A stretch of DNA of 64,000 nucleotides. It comes from Escherichia phage Eps7. The stretch lies in the sequence record NC_010583.1; one strand, written 5' to 3'. How positions within the stretch are numbered: position 1 is the stretch's first letter; every line of letters starts with the position of its first letter. The position numbers and the translations under genes were made by a program. Positions 10,101 to 19,960 of this stretch are shown here, piece by piece. A model generated the notes under the pieces. The model did no database searches. It was not told the DNA's origin and was given only the letters and a program-made list of their open reading frames with translations.

Positions 10101-10698
10101 GTGCAAATCCGACATTTGCCCCCACGGATTACGTGCCAGCGTGCATGTGCGAATCCGACAATTTTGTGTGTGAAACCGATGGGAAATATTTTTTATATGT
10201 GCGAATCCGACAATGAATTTTCCTAAAAACTCCAGCAATCAGCAACTGCGATGCAATCCAGCTGGATTCACTAGAGTATGTGCAAATCCGACATGAGTTT
10301 ATTTGTGCAAAACCGACAAGATTTTTGTGACTTCGATGAGAGGGTGTGTGATTGTGTGGGTTTGGGGAGAAGTGCGAATCCGACGAGGTTTTTGGGAGGA
10401 ACTATGGAGGGTGCAGCTGTAGTGGTGCTTCAGCACCGGTTTGCTGCGTTTTTGGGGATAATGTGGGATGTTTTGGCTAGAATTGAGATTAGTGGAGATA
10501 AAGCGAAATTTTTATTAGCAAAATGGGGCAAAATCGCTTGACAAGTGAAAATTCCTGTGGCTCCAAAAACTCAGGCAATCAAGGGCCTTCGGCCCGAAAT
10601 AATGCTGCTATTTTCAGGAGAGTATGTGTTCATGAAAACTTAGGCAATTGTGCAAATCCGACCATAAATTTCTAGAAACACAATGTGCAAATCCGACA
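10101..10698. repeat. dispersed array of about 8 copies of 14-bp motif GTGC(A/G)AATCCGACA
   Basis: copies at 10101, 10147, 10199, 10280, 10305 (variant), 10372 (variant), 10650, 10685; irregular spacing; non-coding. Confidence 0.75.
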
Positions 10699-10741
10699 GT
10701 AATTTCCAGAAATGTGTTTTCAAAAAAATGTTGTCTAGAAA

Positions 10742-10814
10742 TAACCGCCCTCCCTATAACCGCCCTGTATAGGAAACCGCCCTAGGATATCTATAGTAGG
10801 TGAGAAACTGCCCT
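10742..10814. repeat. short direct repeats AACCGCCCT x3 plus AACTGCCCT
   Basis: 10742-10750, 10758-10766, 10775-10783, 10806-10814. Confidence 0.6.
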
Positions 10815-11232
10815 AGAATGCGTGAGAAACAGATTTAAAGTTTGATGTAAACTCTAGAGTTAGTGCTCAACTATTCCTAGAAACTTAGGAGTCTAGAGGA
10901 AAGTGTTGTGCCATCCTAGCAGATGAGCGGCAACAGGTGTATCATCTTGAACATAAATATTGCCTTTAAATATTTATAAGGTAAATAAAAGTAAATATAC
11001 CCCCATTTCATGAGAGTTAGCCCCTCTAGGCGCGTGCGATTTGATACATCCTCCTGAGTCTCGGGGAGGAAGAACAATTGACGAGAACCTGCAAGCAGAA
11101 CCGTCATCAAGTGTTTTCCTACGAGGAATGATGTAAATCTACGGCCTAGAGGTAAAAACAAGTTGATGTTTTTAATCTATGAGATTATTATAACATGCAG
11201 CTCAAATAATGTCAAGAAGATTTTATTAACAT

Positions 11233-12267
11233 TTATACATCGTGATTGACTTTGAGTATGACTCCCTTCGATGCCATGAAAAGGAATGTTGCTAAGTAAG
11301 ATGACTCGGAGTTTAGCGCAGAATAATCTACACTTCCTCTAGGTCTAGTTTCTTGTTTAGTGTCAAGAATTGTTGATATATCAAACTTAACAAAGTTAGC
11401 AATCTTTCTAGCTTGCTCGGGATCACGTAAGAGTTCATAATGCGCTGCATTTAGAATATTAGTGGATTCAATTACATCATCATTAATTATACTTAGATGA
11501 ACCTGCGCAAGTATCGAGACAATCCCTAGCTTTAACTCAGATACAGAAGAATAAGGTGGTTCTACTTTCTTTGTAAGTCTAGGAAGATGATCATATTTAC
11601 ATTGTTTTTGTGGAATCATCAGAATGTTGGGATAACATTCTAAACATGACTTTGCATTTCCTTCTTTAAAATGTGGGAGTTCTTTATCAGCAAAGACATG
11701 GAATGAATCTGCTGAGAATCCTTTAATAGTAGGGTCAACAGTTTGAATCAGACGACGTAGACTAATGTATGAAGGAGCTAATGTAACTTCTTCTGCATCT
11801 TTATTATACTTGGGCTGTCCACTAGCATTAATATATGCAGGATAAAACTCTGCACAAAATGCTATTGCATGTGCCTCTAACTCATTAAGCTGAGAAACAC
11901 ATTTTCCATTACAAGCTCTAGCTAATTTAATAATCTCTGCTAAATTCTTTTTTTATACTCATATATAATCATCCGGTCTGGGTTTAAGTTCTGTTATTGA
12001 TTTTGCTGAGGGCTCTAACTTAATCCATGTAAATCCTAGCTGTTCTGATAGGTGAGAGATATTTCTAGGTGTTATCTTTATATCTGGAGGTAATTTAAAT
12101 ACTAGGTCTTTAAGTAACTTCATATCATCTGAACCAATGAAGAGAATATACTGCATTTCATCTCTTAGTTCATATTCAGATTCACTCAGGGAGCTAACAC
12201 CAGCAGTAAATTTATTGAGTTGGGCCACTTTGCAGCGACCCACGGTAAACTGAGTAATTATATCCAT
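11233..12267 (-). CDS. hypothetical protein(s); coding continuous 11233-11952 but no canonical start, upstream ORF 11959..12267 ends 6 nt before an A7 run
   Basis: ORFs 11233..11619 and 11959..12267 with an open stop-free frame between them; possible indel at homopolymer 11946-11952. Confidence 0.4.
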
Positions 12268-12878
12268 TAACGACCTCTAGCCTTATCTGCATCAATAGCT
12301 TCGAATACTTTCGTTAACATTTCTTCAAGCTCTCCATCTTTGCTAGGGTTGCTCAGATGAATAGTATATGAGTTCCTAGAAACTCCGGAGTCTTCCTGTG
12401 CTCCGCGATCTTTAGCAAAACTCATCATTGTAACACCAGCTTTGTTCCACTCATCTACGTTAGACGCTTCCCCAAACTTATATGACTGTGTACTATTTAC
12501 TATACCACCACACTTAATATTGTGCATATCCGACATTAATCTTTTATCAGAATTATTTAACATCGTGATTGGTCCAGACTGCCACGGATCTCGAATAGTC
12601 ACTGGAGTACTAGGGCGGTTCACCTCAGTCTTCACAAGTTTGTATCCAGCATCGATTAGTGAATTAATCAGATTATCAGCCGGGATGCGAGCCGTGCCAA
12701 AGATCTTACGAGCATTCATAAGTTTAGCCTGAAACTCTTTGCAAGCCTGAAGATCAATGTGCAAAAACGACAGCTGCATAGATTTAAACTGTACTGTAGC
12801 AGTCAGATCTTTAAAGCTGTAATCCCATGTATCGAGTTCATGATCTGCAACTACTTTAATGGTTTGTTGTGTAAACAT
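12267..12878 (-). CDS. hypothetical protein
   Basis: 203-aa ORF. Confidence 0.5.
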   Translation of the reverse strand: MFTQQTIKVVADHELDTWDYSFKDLTATVQFKSMQLSFLHIDLQACKEFQAKLMNARKIFGTARIPADNLINSLIDAGYKLVKTEVNRPSTPVTIRDPWQSGPITMLNNSDKRLMSDMHNIKCGGIVNSTQSYKFGEASNVDEWNKAGVTMMSFAKDRGAQEDSGVSRNSYTIHLSNPSKDGELEEMLTKVFEAIDADKARGR

Positions 12879-13063
12879 TATCTATTCTCCAGTTTATCTA
12901 ACAGCTTACGAGCTGCGATATTGTGTTGTTTAATTTCTCTGTTAAGAATCTCGTTCTCACAGTTTAACTCTAGATTCTTAGTATTAAGACGACTGCAGAT
13001 CAGTATCAAGCCTAGAATAGTTAAGAGGGATACGCCAAGTATTATTAGTAATAAGGTTTCCAT
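12878..13063 (-). CDS. small membrane protein (N-terminal TM, coiled-coil tail)
   Basis: 61-aa ORF; resembles neighbouring 13063..13296. Confidence 0.45.
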   Translation of the reverse strand: METLLLIILGVSLLTILGLILICSRLNTKNLELNCENEILNREIKQHNIAARKLLDKLENR

Positions 13064-13296
13064 TATTTGATTCCCATGTAACGTTTAAGATAAACAATGA
13101 AGTCTTCCGCTGTATGTTCTAGGCTACCTTGAGCCACGAATAACTTGAGAGACTCACGTTGTAATTTAAGAGTAGCTATCTCGCCACGTAACTTCACGTT
13201 ATCGTCAATAATCTTATTAGCTTCACGAGTCTTGTGCACAGCAGTGTTAATGGCAAAGACTAATACGATTGCTAAGATAATTAATACATATTCCAT
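13063..13296 (-). CDS. small membrane protein (N-terminal TM, coiled-coil tail)
   Basis: 77-aa ORF; similar architecture to 12878..13063. Confidence 0.45.
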   Translation of the reverse strand: MEYVLIILAIVLVFAINTAVHKTREANKIIDDNVKLRGEIATLKLQRESLKLFVAQGSLEHTAEDFIVYLKRYMGIK

Positions 13297-14067
13297 TAGT
13301 TACTCCATATTAGCATCCAGCTCTTGTCGAACGTGGCTGCTCTATTAATTAATTCGCCCATGGAGACGTTATTGTCGTCTATGGCTTCTTGTATAAACTC
13401 TTTACCAAAATCATCCAGTAGGTATTCTGTACCATTTATAATAATCTTATACAGGGTTGGGACTAAAGGATGTTGATGATTAAGTGGGTTCTCATTAACA
13501 GTTATCTCATTCCTTCCCCACGTCGTCTTGAACAGTTTGTGGGAGAGTAGAGCTAATGGGTTTGACCAGACTACGTACTCCATCTTTCTTTAACTCCTGT
13601 TTTAACTTTTGATCTTTATTATACCAAATTATGTGCTCGCCGTCAACTACAAATTTGTGGAAAGGTGCCGGTACGGTGTACACTCCATATTCTGTTAAGC
13701 GTGTCACAACTTTATGAGCACACAATCGGCAACCATGTCCTTCTAAGTGAGACCGTGCAGTTTGCAAGAAGTAACCATCGTGATCTGGACAATAGATCTC
13801 AACCTGCTGTTGCATCGTTCTATATTTAACTCTTTCATACCCAAAGAACTTACCATGTGCTTCAACAGCTCTTCTGATAAAGATAAGATTAAGTGCATCC
13901 TGTTGAAAGTCTGGATGAAGTTGTTTGAGCTTAGTTCTATTAATAGATCCATTTGATTTAGTGAATCTATTTATGGGGAATTGTAATGCTTCCTCATAAA
14001 GTAATTCGTTTATTTTATCTCTCATGCTAAATAGTCTCACAGTTAAGATAGAAGCATTCGTAAGCAT
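13296..14067 (-). CDS. hypothetical Cys/His-rich protein (possible zinc-binding nuclease-like), two overlapping frames
   Basis: ORFs 13507..14067 and 13296..13583 overlap; motif CPDHDGYF...HLEGHGCRLC. Confidence 0.35.
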
Positions 14068-14230
14068 ACTCCGTATATTCTTTATCTTGTAATAGATAGT
14101 TAGCCTGATCTTCTGGTACTCCAGCAGCTAATAATTGTTGTTTATTAGGCTTTTCAGCGAATACCTTTACGAAGTACATTCCCTCTTGATTGTACTCATT
14201 TATATCTCTAGTAAGAACATATACTTGCAT
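14027..14230 (-). CDS. hypothetical protein
   Basis: 67-aa ORF. Confidence 0.4.
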   Translation of the reverse strand: MQVYVLTRDINEYNQEGMYFVKVFAEKPNKQQLLAAGVPEDQANYLLQDKEYTEYAYECFYLNCETI

Positions 14231-14286
14231 TTGTAATTTCCTTGATACACGAAAGGCCAGAACAATTAAGTCCTGGCCTCTAGAAA

Positions 14287-14709
14287 TTAGGTAGCGTCAA
14301 TGCTCACTAAATCCGTTATAAATTCACCTGATTCCATAGGGATAGAGATCGCAGGATCACATTCACAGGAGGTTATCCATTCGTCCCATTTACTATCAAG
14401 TAAAGAGATAAAGCTATCAGGACTTCCTCTTTCTTTATACCTAGCTAAATATTCTTCTTTTAGCTCTCGTTCTGGATAAAGCAGAATAAAATCTATTCCA
14501 GCAGCATGAAGGGCATCCCGTACTTCTTTATGGCTAGAAACTAAGATCAGTTTACCTTCTTCTATAGCTTGTGAAATGTGCTCAATATAGTTCGCTGGAA
14601 AGTTATCCTTCGGGAACTTAGAAGAATCTGAATCTAGTACACGTGGAAAACACCTAGTAAAGTAAGTCTTACCACACCCTGGAAAAGCAGATATAACGTT
14701 AAATTGCAT
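14287..14709 (-). CDS. P-loop NTPase / nucleotide kinase-like protein
   Basis: 140-aa ORF with Walker A AFPGCGKT near N-terminus. Confidence 0.5.
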   Translation of the reverse strand: MQFNVISAFPGCGKTYFTRCFPRVLDSDSSKFPKDNFPANYIEHISQAIEEGKLILVSSHKEVRDALHAAGIDFILLYPERELKEEYLARYKERGSPDSFISLLDSKWDEWITSCECDPAISIPMESGEFITDLVSIDAT

Positions 14710-14719
14710 AATTATTTCC

Positions 14720-15082
14720 TTAGTGAAGTTGCTTGCCGTTTAAGGCCATATCAGCAGTTTCTAGAAGAGATTCAGTAATCTCACGAGATACTGAATACTC
14801 ATTAATTGCATGGCGACGTTTATAAGCATAGGCATTAACAACCAGATCTACAGCACCAAGAACATCTTGAACAGTAACTTCTTCACCATTATCAATCTCT
14901 TCCTGAGTAATGTCCATTAACTGGCCAACTGCCATTAAGAGACCAATAAGATCTGCTGTTTCACCTGCAACGATTGGGTCAACATGGTCTGTAGTAAGAT
15001 CGAAGGCATGATTAACAATATCTCGACCTTCTAGAGTACCTTCCTCAATCCGCTTCTCCAACTGCTTCATCTGCTCTAGCAC
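14720..15082 (-). CDS. hypothetical acidic protein
   Basis: 120-aa ORF. Confidence 0.45.
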   Translation of the reverse strand: MLEQMKQLEKRIEEGTLEGRDIVNHAFDLTTDHVDPIVAGETADLIGLLMAVGQLMDITQEEIDNGEEVTVQDVLGAVDLVVNAYAYKRRHAINEYSVSREITESLLETADMALNGKQLH

Positions 15083-15513
15083 TGGATTTTTTCTTTTGTG
15101 TCATGATAAAGATTTCCTGTATCAGTTGGAAGGAATGCCGATTGTGCCTTCGGCGGATGTTGTTTTGCAATCCAGTTGAGGATCAGTACACGGCTAGGAA
15201 CGATATCAGTATTATACCAGAAGTCATGAACCCAATGTCGTGCATCTTCGAACTTACCGAATTTATATGCTTTCTTAAACAATTCAAAACCAAAACAGTC
15301 AGGTGCAAAATCTACATCACGATAAGGAATTACCTTAGAACCTGTGAGATCTTGGATAGCTGCATTAATTTCTGTGTGGGAGTATTTCGACTCATGGAAT
15401 GTATTGAAGAAGCGATAATTGAAGCGTCCATTTGTTTCGACAAACAACTGAATGAATAAATCATTAAATTGTCCATCAAACCAGTAATTCTGTAATCTTT
15501 GCAGTGCTGTCAT
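15076..15513 (-). CDS. hypothetical protein
   Basis: 145-aa ORF. Confidence 0.5.
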   Translation of the reverse strand: MTALQRLQNYWFDGQFNDLFIQLFVETNGRFNYRFFNTFHESKYSHTEINAAIQDLTGSKVIPYRDVDFAPDCFGFELFKKAYKFGKFEDARHWVHDFWYNTDIVPSRVLILNWIAKQHPPKAQSAFLPTDTGNLYHDTKEKIQC

Positions 15514-15710
15514 TTACGAACTCCATTAATTGCTGCGATAACGCCTTCATACATGAAGGGAAGAACTTGTGAAACGTGGAAATCTTGAATTGTCCAGCCC
15601 GCTTCTTGATACATAATGTTAATGATTGCACAACTTAACATAAAAGCGGGTAGAATTATAAAGTAATCCCACGTTGCTTTCTGCAAGTTAGGGTTATAAA
15701 AATTAATCAT
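15510..15710 (-). CDS. small membrane protein
   Basis: 66-aa hydrophobic ORF. Confidence 0.4.
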   Translation of the reverse strand: MINFYNPNLQKATWDYFIILPAFMLSCAIINIMYQEAGWTIQDFHVSQVLPFMYEGVIAAINGVRK

Positions 15711-15810
15711 CTATTTTTAAGTCTCCGTATTACTTTGGCCTGCTCAACGATTATGAAAATGGCAACCACTAAACCGAAGATTAGGATTGCCATAACAGTT
15801 GTTAAATCAA

Positions 15811-16143
15811 TCAAGGTAGACGCCAAACGTAATGGGCTGTCCAAAGTGTTTCTGGTTCATCGTCATGATGCATCACTAAGGACTCTGGAGAATAACTATT
15901 AGCTAGTTCTTTACGAACCATCTCACGTTCTTCACCAGTTTCAATATTTTTAACAATCACTTTCATATTAAGAGGAGTTAACTCAGAAAGCGGTCGCCAT
16001 AAATCTTCCAGATCTGTTTTAGTTTTATTCTGGATAGATTGAAGGACTTCTAGTGTCTGGGGGTCTACGTTAATAAACCCACGTTCAGTAACAAAACCTA
16101 GAAACTCGTCCAGCAGGGTTAATTCACTAAAATTAAGCTTCAT
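15811..16143 (-). CDS. hypothetical protein
   Basis: 110-aa ORF. Confidence 0.5.
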   Translation of the reverse strand: MKLNFSELTLLDEFLGFVTERGFINVDPQTLEVLQSIQNKTKTDLEDLWRPLSELTPLNMKVIVKNIETGEEREMVRKELANSYSPESLVMHHDDEPETLWTAHYVWRLP

Positions 16144-16378
16144 CTTTCAGAATATCCTCGATCATGTCAGAAGATTGCTGTAGTTCGTCTACAATGCGTT
16201 TAACGTCAGTTTTTGTCACTTTACCAGCCAACATCGTGAACAGCATTGCAACGATGATGATAGGAACTGGCAGAACAAACAGTGCTACTTTACCAACGTT
16301 CTTCGGGGTCCAGGTATGATACTTAGTAACCAGAACACCAACAATAACCAGATAAAAAGCTAAGATAATTAACATCAT
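16133..16378 (-). CDS. small membrane protein
   Basis: 81-aa ORF with TM segments. Confidence 0.45.
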   Translation of the reverse strand: MMLIILAFYLVIVGVLVTKYHTWTPKNVGKVALFVLPVPIIIVAMLFTMLAGKVTKTDVKRIVDELQQSSDMIEDILKDEA

Positions 16379-16656
16379 TTCTTAATCTCCGTGATTACCT
16401 GAGCGCGCAGGACTTTAATAGGAAGTTTAGTGTTACCAACAAGAGTTTCAATATTCGTTAGCTTTTCTTTAAGAAGATCTGAACGTCTTTGCGTGTCCTC
16501 AATATCTTTCTCAGCAGCTATATACTTTTCCCATAGTGCATTGTTGGTGGCCTTCATTGCTTCCATATTTTTATTAGCATTAATAATACCAATGATTCCA
16601 CCAATTGCTGCTAAAGTCGTGAGAACCAGTAATCCAATTAAAATTTCTGTAATCAT
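16375..16656 (-). CDS. membrane-anchored coiled-coil protein
   Basis: 93-aa ORF, N-terminal TM. Confidence 0.45.
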   Translation of the reverse strand: MITEILIGLLVLTTLAAIGGIIGIINANKNMEAMKATNNALWEKYIAAEKDIEDTQRRSDLLKEKLTNIETLVGNTKLPIKVLRAQVITEIKK

Positions 16657-17060
16657 TTAAATACTCCATTAGCACACCACATGGATGGTGGGACTTCTTC
16701 TACATTTCCATAAAATTTGATCTTAAATAAGACACTACCTTTATTTTGGCAGAAAATCTTTCCTTCCTCTACCATAATTTTTGCTTGATTTGTGTCACCA
16801 GATCTTAAAACATCTATTACTGTAACCCCTGTAAATCTGGAGAATTGTTCATCAGCATATTCACCTTGTTGACGGTGTCTCTGCTCCATTTCCATGGCTG
16901 CTTTCTTTGCCTCTTCCCATTTATCCTTATGCTGAGTTGGGGCTTCCTTAACTTCTACTTTATCACGCTGGTTAAGCATGAAATCGGTAACACCGAGTGT
17001 GATAGCTAGAGAGACTAGGGCATTCAGCCCTAGTACAAGTAAGAATTTTCCGTTAGTCAT
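16653..17060 (-). CDS. membrane-anchored protein
   Basis: 135-aa ORF, N-terminal TM. Confidence 0.5.
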   Translation of the reverse strand: MTNGKFLLVLGLNALVSLAITLGVTDFMLNQRDKVEVKEAPTQHKDKWEEAKKAAMEMEQRHRQQGEYADEQFSRFTGVTVIDVLRSGDTNQAKIMVEEGKIFCQNKGSVLFKIKFYGNVEEVPPSMWCANGVFK

Positions 17061-17311
17061 TATTTCTTACCTTTTAGTTGCTTAACTTCACGCTCAAAAG
17101 ATGCTGCACGACGTTCGGCGGTTGCCTGATGCTCTTTCGCAAAACGTACTTCCTGTTTAGCGAGGTTGAATGCCATAGCATTCTTGTTCAGAGAATCATA
17201 CATCTTTTTCATTGCCGGAATAGACATCTTCATGAGCTGACCTTCAAAACCCTGCATATCGAGGAGAATTGCCAGAACGTTAGCCATTTCAGTTTTAGTC
17301 ATGTTTTCCAT
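17060..17311 (-). CDS. hypothetical protein
   Basis: 83-aa ORF 35 nt downstream of promoter -10. Confidence 0.5.
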   Translation of the reverse strand: MENMTKTEMANVLAILLDMQGFEGQLMKMSIPAMKKMYDSLNKNAMAFNLAKQEVRFAKEHQATAERRAASFEREVKQLKGKK

Positions 17312-17345
17312 TAGAATTTCCTCTCTCTCATTAATTTATGAACTT

Positions 17346-17375
17346 ATTATACAGAATTTTAAAGACTAAAAGCAA
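17346..17375 (-). promoter_or_regulatory. sigma70-type early promoter (-35 TTGCTT, -10 TATAAT on minus strand)
   Basis: plus-strand ATTATA 17346-17351 and AAGCAA 17370-17375, 18-bp spacer, A/T-rich upstream. Confidence 0.6.
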
Positions 17376-17392
17376 CTGAATTTTTTAATTAC

Positions 17393-17824
17393 TTACCAAT
17401 CGTTAATGAAACCTGAGAACTCAGAAGCAAATACTAGCTCAAATTTCTCAGCAATTTCAGGGTGATCTTTACAGATCAGTTCAATGCACTTCTCAGGTTC
17501 CATACCATCTTCCTCAGGATCACCGTAATACTTGTCCCAAAGATCATCAGGAATAACTTGCTCAGCTAGATCTTGGAAGTTCACTAACTGATAGCGTGGA
17601 GTATCCTCATTAATAAAGATCTCATGCAATTCCTCAGATACTTCTCCCTTATAATCGGAAATTAGCAGAGCATTGCAAGCAAAACATTCCCACATCATCA
17701 AACGCTCAGAAATCGGGTTCGATTTGTCTTGAACATAGGACTGAAAGACTGCCTTAAAAGTAGCTTTAACTTGCTCAAACTTATCTGCTGTTGCGATTAA
17801 AAGTGCTTTATCAATCTTTTGCAT
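17393..17824 (-). CDS. hypothetical protein
   Basis: 143-aa ORF. Confidence 0.5.
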   Translation of the reverse strand: MQKIDKALLIATADKFEQVKATFKAVFQSYVQDKSNPISERLMMWECFACNALLISDYKGEVSEELHEIFINEDTPRYQLVNFQDLAEQVIPDDLWDKYYGDPEEDGMEPEKCIELICKDHPEIAEKFELVFASEFSGFINDW

Positions 17825-17854
17825 TTTGATTCCTTCTCATCTAATTATAAAGTA

Positions 17855-17883
17855 ATTATACAGAAAACTAAGCATTTTAGCAA
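17855..17883 (-). promoter_or_regulatory. sigma70-type early promoter (-35 TTGCTA, -10 TATAAT)
   Basis: ATTATA 17855-17860, TAGCAA 17878-17883, 17-bp spacer. Confidence 0.6.
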
Positions 17884-17987
17884 ATGTAAAGTTTTAAAAT
17901 AAAAGGCCTAAGCCTAGGCCCGTAAAGAAAGAGATAAGAACTACTATCCCTATTGCTATAAATATCTCACGAGCCATGCCATCAAAA

Positions 17988-18503
17988 TCAAACATTGATA
18001 TCTCCCCTCAATACCGCTGCCACATCTTCATCGATTTGGAGTACTTCACCAGTAGTACAGTTAACCACTTTATCATAGCTTGTGAATTTGCCAGACACAA
18101 TATCCTCTAGAGGAATAGGAGTCTTGCTCATCTCAAAAGAGACGTTGATATAACGTGGGTCACGCACAGAATTAGTATGCACATGTCCGTGAATGTTTAG
18201 CCTACCACGAAGTTCTGCTTCATGCAATGGACAATGTGACAGCCAAAACTTCTTGCCACCACCTGTTTGCTTACCTAGAGCCTGAATATCATCATAAACG
18301 TCTATAAGATCTTTAATATGCAGACCCTGACGCTCAGCATCGTGGTTTCCCATAATTAGTTGGTTAGGCACGTTGTGGATAACCGACTTCAACTTGGCCA
18401 ACCCTTCTCGCCCCACGGCACTATCTCCTAGCAGCACAAGTTTTGTACGCTTGCCAATGTGCTTGGACAAAGTATCTAGGATATACTCATCGTGCTCTTT
18501 CAT
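17988..18503 (-). CDS. calcineurin-like metallophosphoesterase
   Basis: 171-aa ORF with GDSAVGRE, GNHD and GHVH motifs. Confidence 0.6.
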   Translation of the reverse strand: MKEHDEYILDTLSKHIGKRTKLVLLGDSAVGREGLAKLKSVIHNVPNQLIMGNHDAERQGLHIKDLIDVYDDIQALGKQTGGGKKFWLSHCPLHEAELRGRLNIHGHVHTNSVRDPRYINVSFEMSKTPIPLEDIVSGKFTSYDKVVNCTTGEVLQIDEDVAAVLRGDINV

Positions 18504-18576
18504 GTTCTTAAACCAGGGGCGAAAACGAAGAATCCCTGGGTGGTCTAAGTGGAGTTCACTCCAGAATTTAACTTCA

Positions 18577-18783
18577 TTATTTATTCCTTACACATGTGGA
18601 TATAATAGTATAACTATCGTAGAATATACCTTTTGTGAGTCCAATTTGAATACTGGAATAATCTAGCTCACCTCCAGCTACATCACATAAGTGTTTTGTA
18701 TCTTCTGCAGTAAATCTCATATTATCGTCGTAAGAATCACATCCAGCTAACAGCAATGTAGATAAGAATACCAGCTTTTTCAT
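18577..18783 (-). CDS. small lipoprotein
   Basis: 68-aa ORF with lipobox-like signal MKKLVFLSTLLLAGC. Confidence 0.5.
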   Translation of the reverse strand: MKKLVFLSTLLLAGCDSYDDNMRFTAEDTKHLCDVAGGELDYSSIQIGLTKGIFYDSYTIISTCVRNK

Positions 18784-19082
18784 TAATACCTCTTTTTAGT
18801 TAACCAATACATATGGTGCTCATATTGATAGCGATTCCACTTATCTTTAAATTCATCCATATGATTAAAGATATGTTTGGCTAAATCGTTAGCATTCTCT
18901 AGTGTTTTAGCGTAAAGTTTTACTGGTTCGCCATTCTCATACGAGATAATAATAAAGAGCCTATTATCTTCTTCAAATGCGGGGGATATAGATCGTATCC
19001 CCTCAACATCAATAAAGCCAGCCCAGCCTAGAGACTCAAAGTTACAATACTTAGTAATTGTTGGTATAATAGGTTTTTCCAT
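18783..19082 (-). CDS. hypothetical protein
   Basis: 99-aa ORF. Confidence 0.5.
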   Translation of the reverse strand: MEKPIIPTITKYCNFESLGWAGFIDVEGIRSISPAFEEDNRLFIIISYENGEPVKLYAKTLENANDLAKHIFNHMDEFKDKWNRYQYEHHMYWLTKKRY

Positions 19083-19960
19083 TACAGAATCCTCTGTACA
19101 CCACAGCTATCATTTTTATCTGTGGTAAATGTCATGATCTTACCGGCTTCATCATTAACTTGCGCAACCGTCAACTGCCCGTTGAAAACACCGCCAGTAT
19201 CGAGATAAACACGGTTCTTATACAGAATTGGGTAAGGAACACCAGTGTGTCCGTGGAATACGAAATCCACATTCTCAACTTCTGGTACTTCCACAGTCAA
19301 TTCATCTTTAAATCCCGCATAACGCTGGAAGTATGGATGCTCCGCACCTTGTTTAGACAGATGAAAACCAATTTCTTGAATTACATCACGATCCCATAGA
19401 TACGGCTCAATGTAATAGCTAGGATGATCATTAGGATCATTTTCACTTGCAGCGATATGATCAATAATATCATCCCAATTAGGTGTATGTACATCGAATC
19501 CAGCATCTTTATACTGAAACGGTATTCCGCCATGAACAACACCGTATTTCTTGCCACGATGGAGTACGGTCATGAATACAGGCATTTTAGCTGCCATATC
19601 TTCTGCGATACCTTTAATTGTATCGGTATCCATATCATTCATTGCCCACATCCCTCCATTATACATCCAGTTGGCATAGTCACCCGCAATCATAAACTGA
19701 TCATGGTTGCCACGAACGCTACGGAAGCGTGGGTTATATAAGAATTTGGCTAGGACCTGTAAGTTCTGCGGGCCACGGTCAATTAAGTCGCCAACACAGA
19801 CAACATAGTCACGCTTTTCTTTATATCCTGCTAGTTTAAGAGCATCTTCCAGCATATCATTACAGCCGTGAATATCTCCTACGAAGAACAGGTTAACATC
19901 GTCTGGTACTACTAACATTTCGTGCAGGTTAAATTCTTTTTTCATTATCGAGTCATCCAA
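19082..19960 (-). CDS. serine/threonine protein phosphatase (PPP family, lambda-phosphatase-like)
   Basis: 292-aa ORF with GDIHG, GDLIDRG and GNHD motifs. Confidence 0.8.
   Translation of the reverse strand: MDDSIMKKEFNLHEMLVVPDDVNLFFVGDIHGCNDMLEDALKLAGYKEKRDYVVCVGDLIDRGPQNLQVLAKFLYNPRFRSVRGNHDQFMIAGDYANWMYNGGMWAMNDMDTDTIKGIAEDMAAKMPVFMTVLHRGKKYGVVHGGIPFQYKDAGFDVHTPNWDDIIDHIAASENDPNDHPSYYIEPYLWDRDVIQEIGFHLSKQGAEHPYFQRYAGFKDELTVEVPEVENVDFVFHGHTGVPYPILYKNRVYLDTGGVFNGQLTVAQVNDEAGKIMTFTTDKNDSCGVQRIL

Noticed and set aside
10029-10541. ORFs 10029..10238 (-) and 10278..10541 (+) in the repeat region
   Set aside because: They translate the GTGCRAATCCGACA repeats; no RBS, opposite strands.
10101-10698. 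Possibility that the 14-bp repeat array is a CRISPR array
   Set aside because: Repeats are too short, irregularly spaced, include degenerate copies, and no cas genes are nearby.
10916-11161. Minus-strand ORF (81 aa)
   Set aside because: Odd composition, no promoter or RBS, lies in non-coding transition region; probably spurious.
19160-19741. Plus-strand ORFs antisense to the Ser/Thr phosphatase gene
   Set aside because: The phosphatase frame has clear catalytic motifs; antisense ORFs are artefacts.
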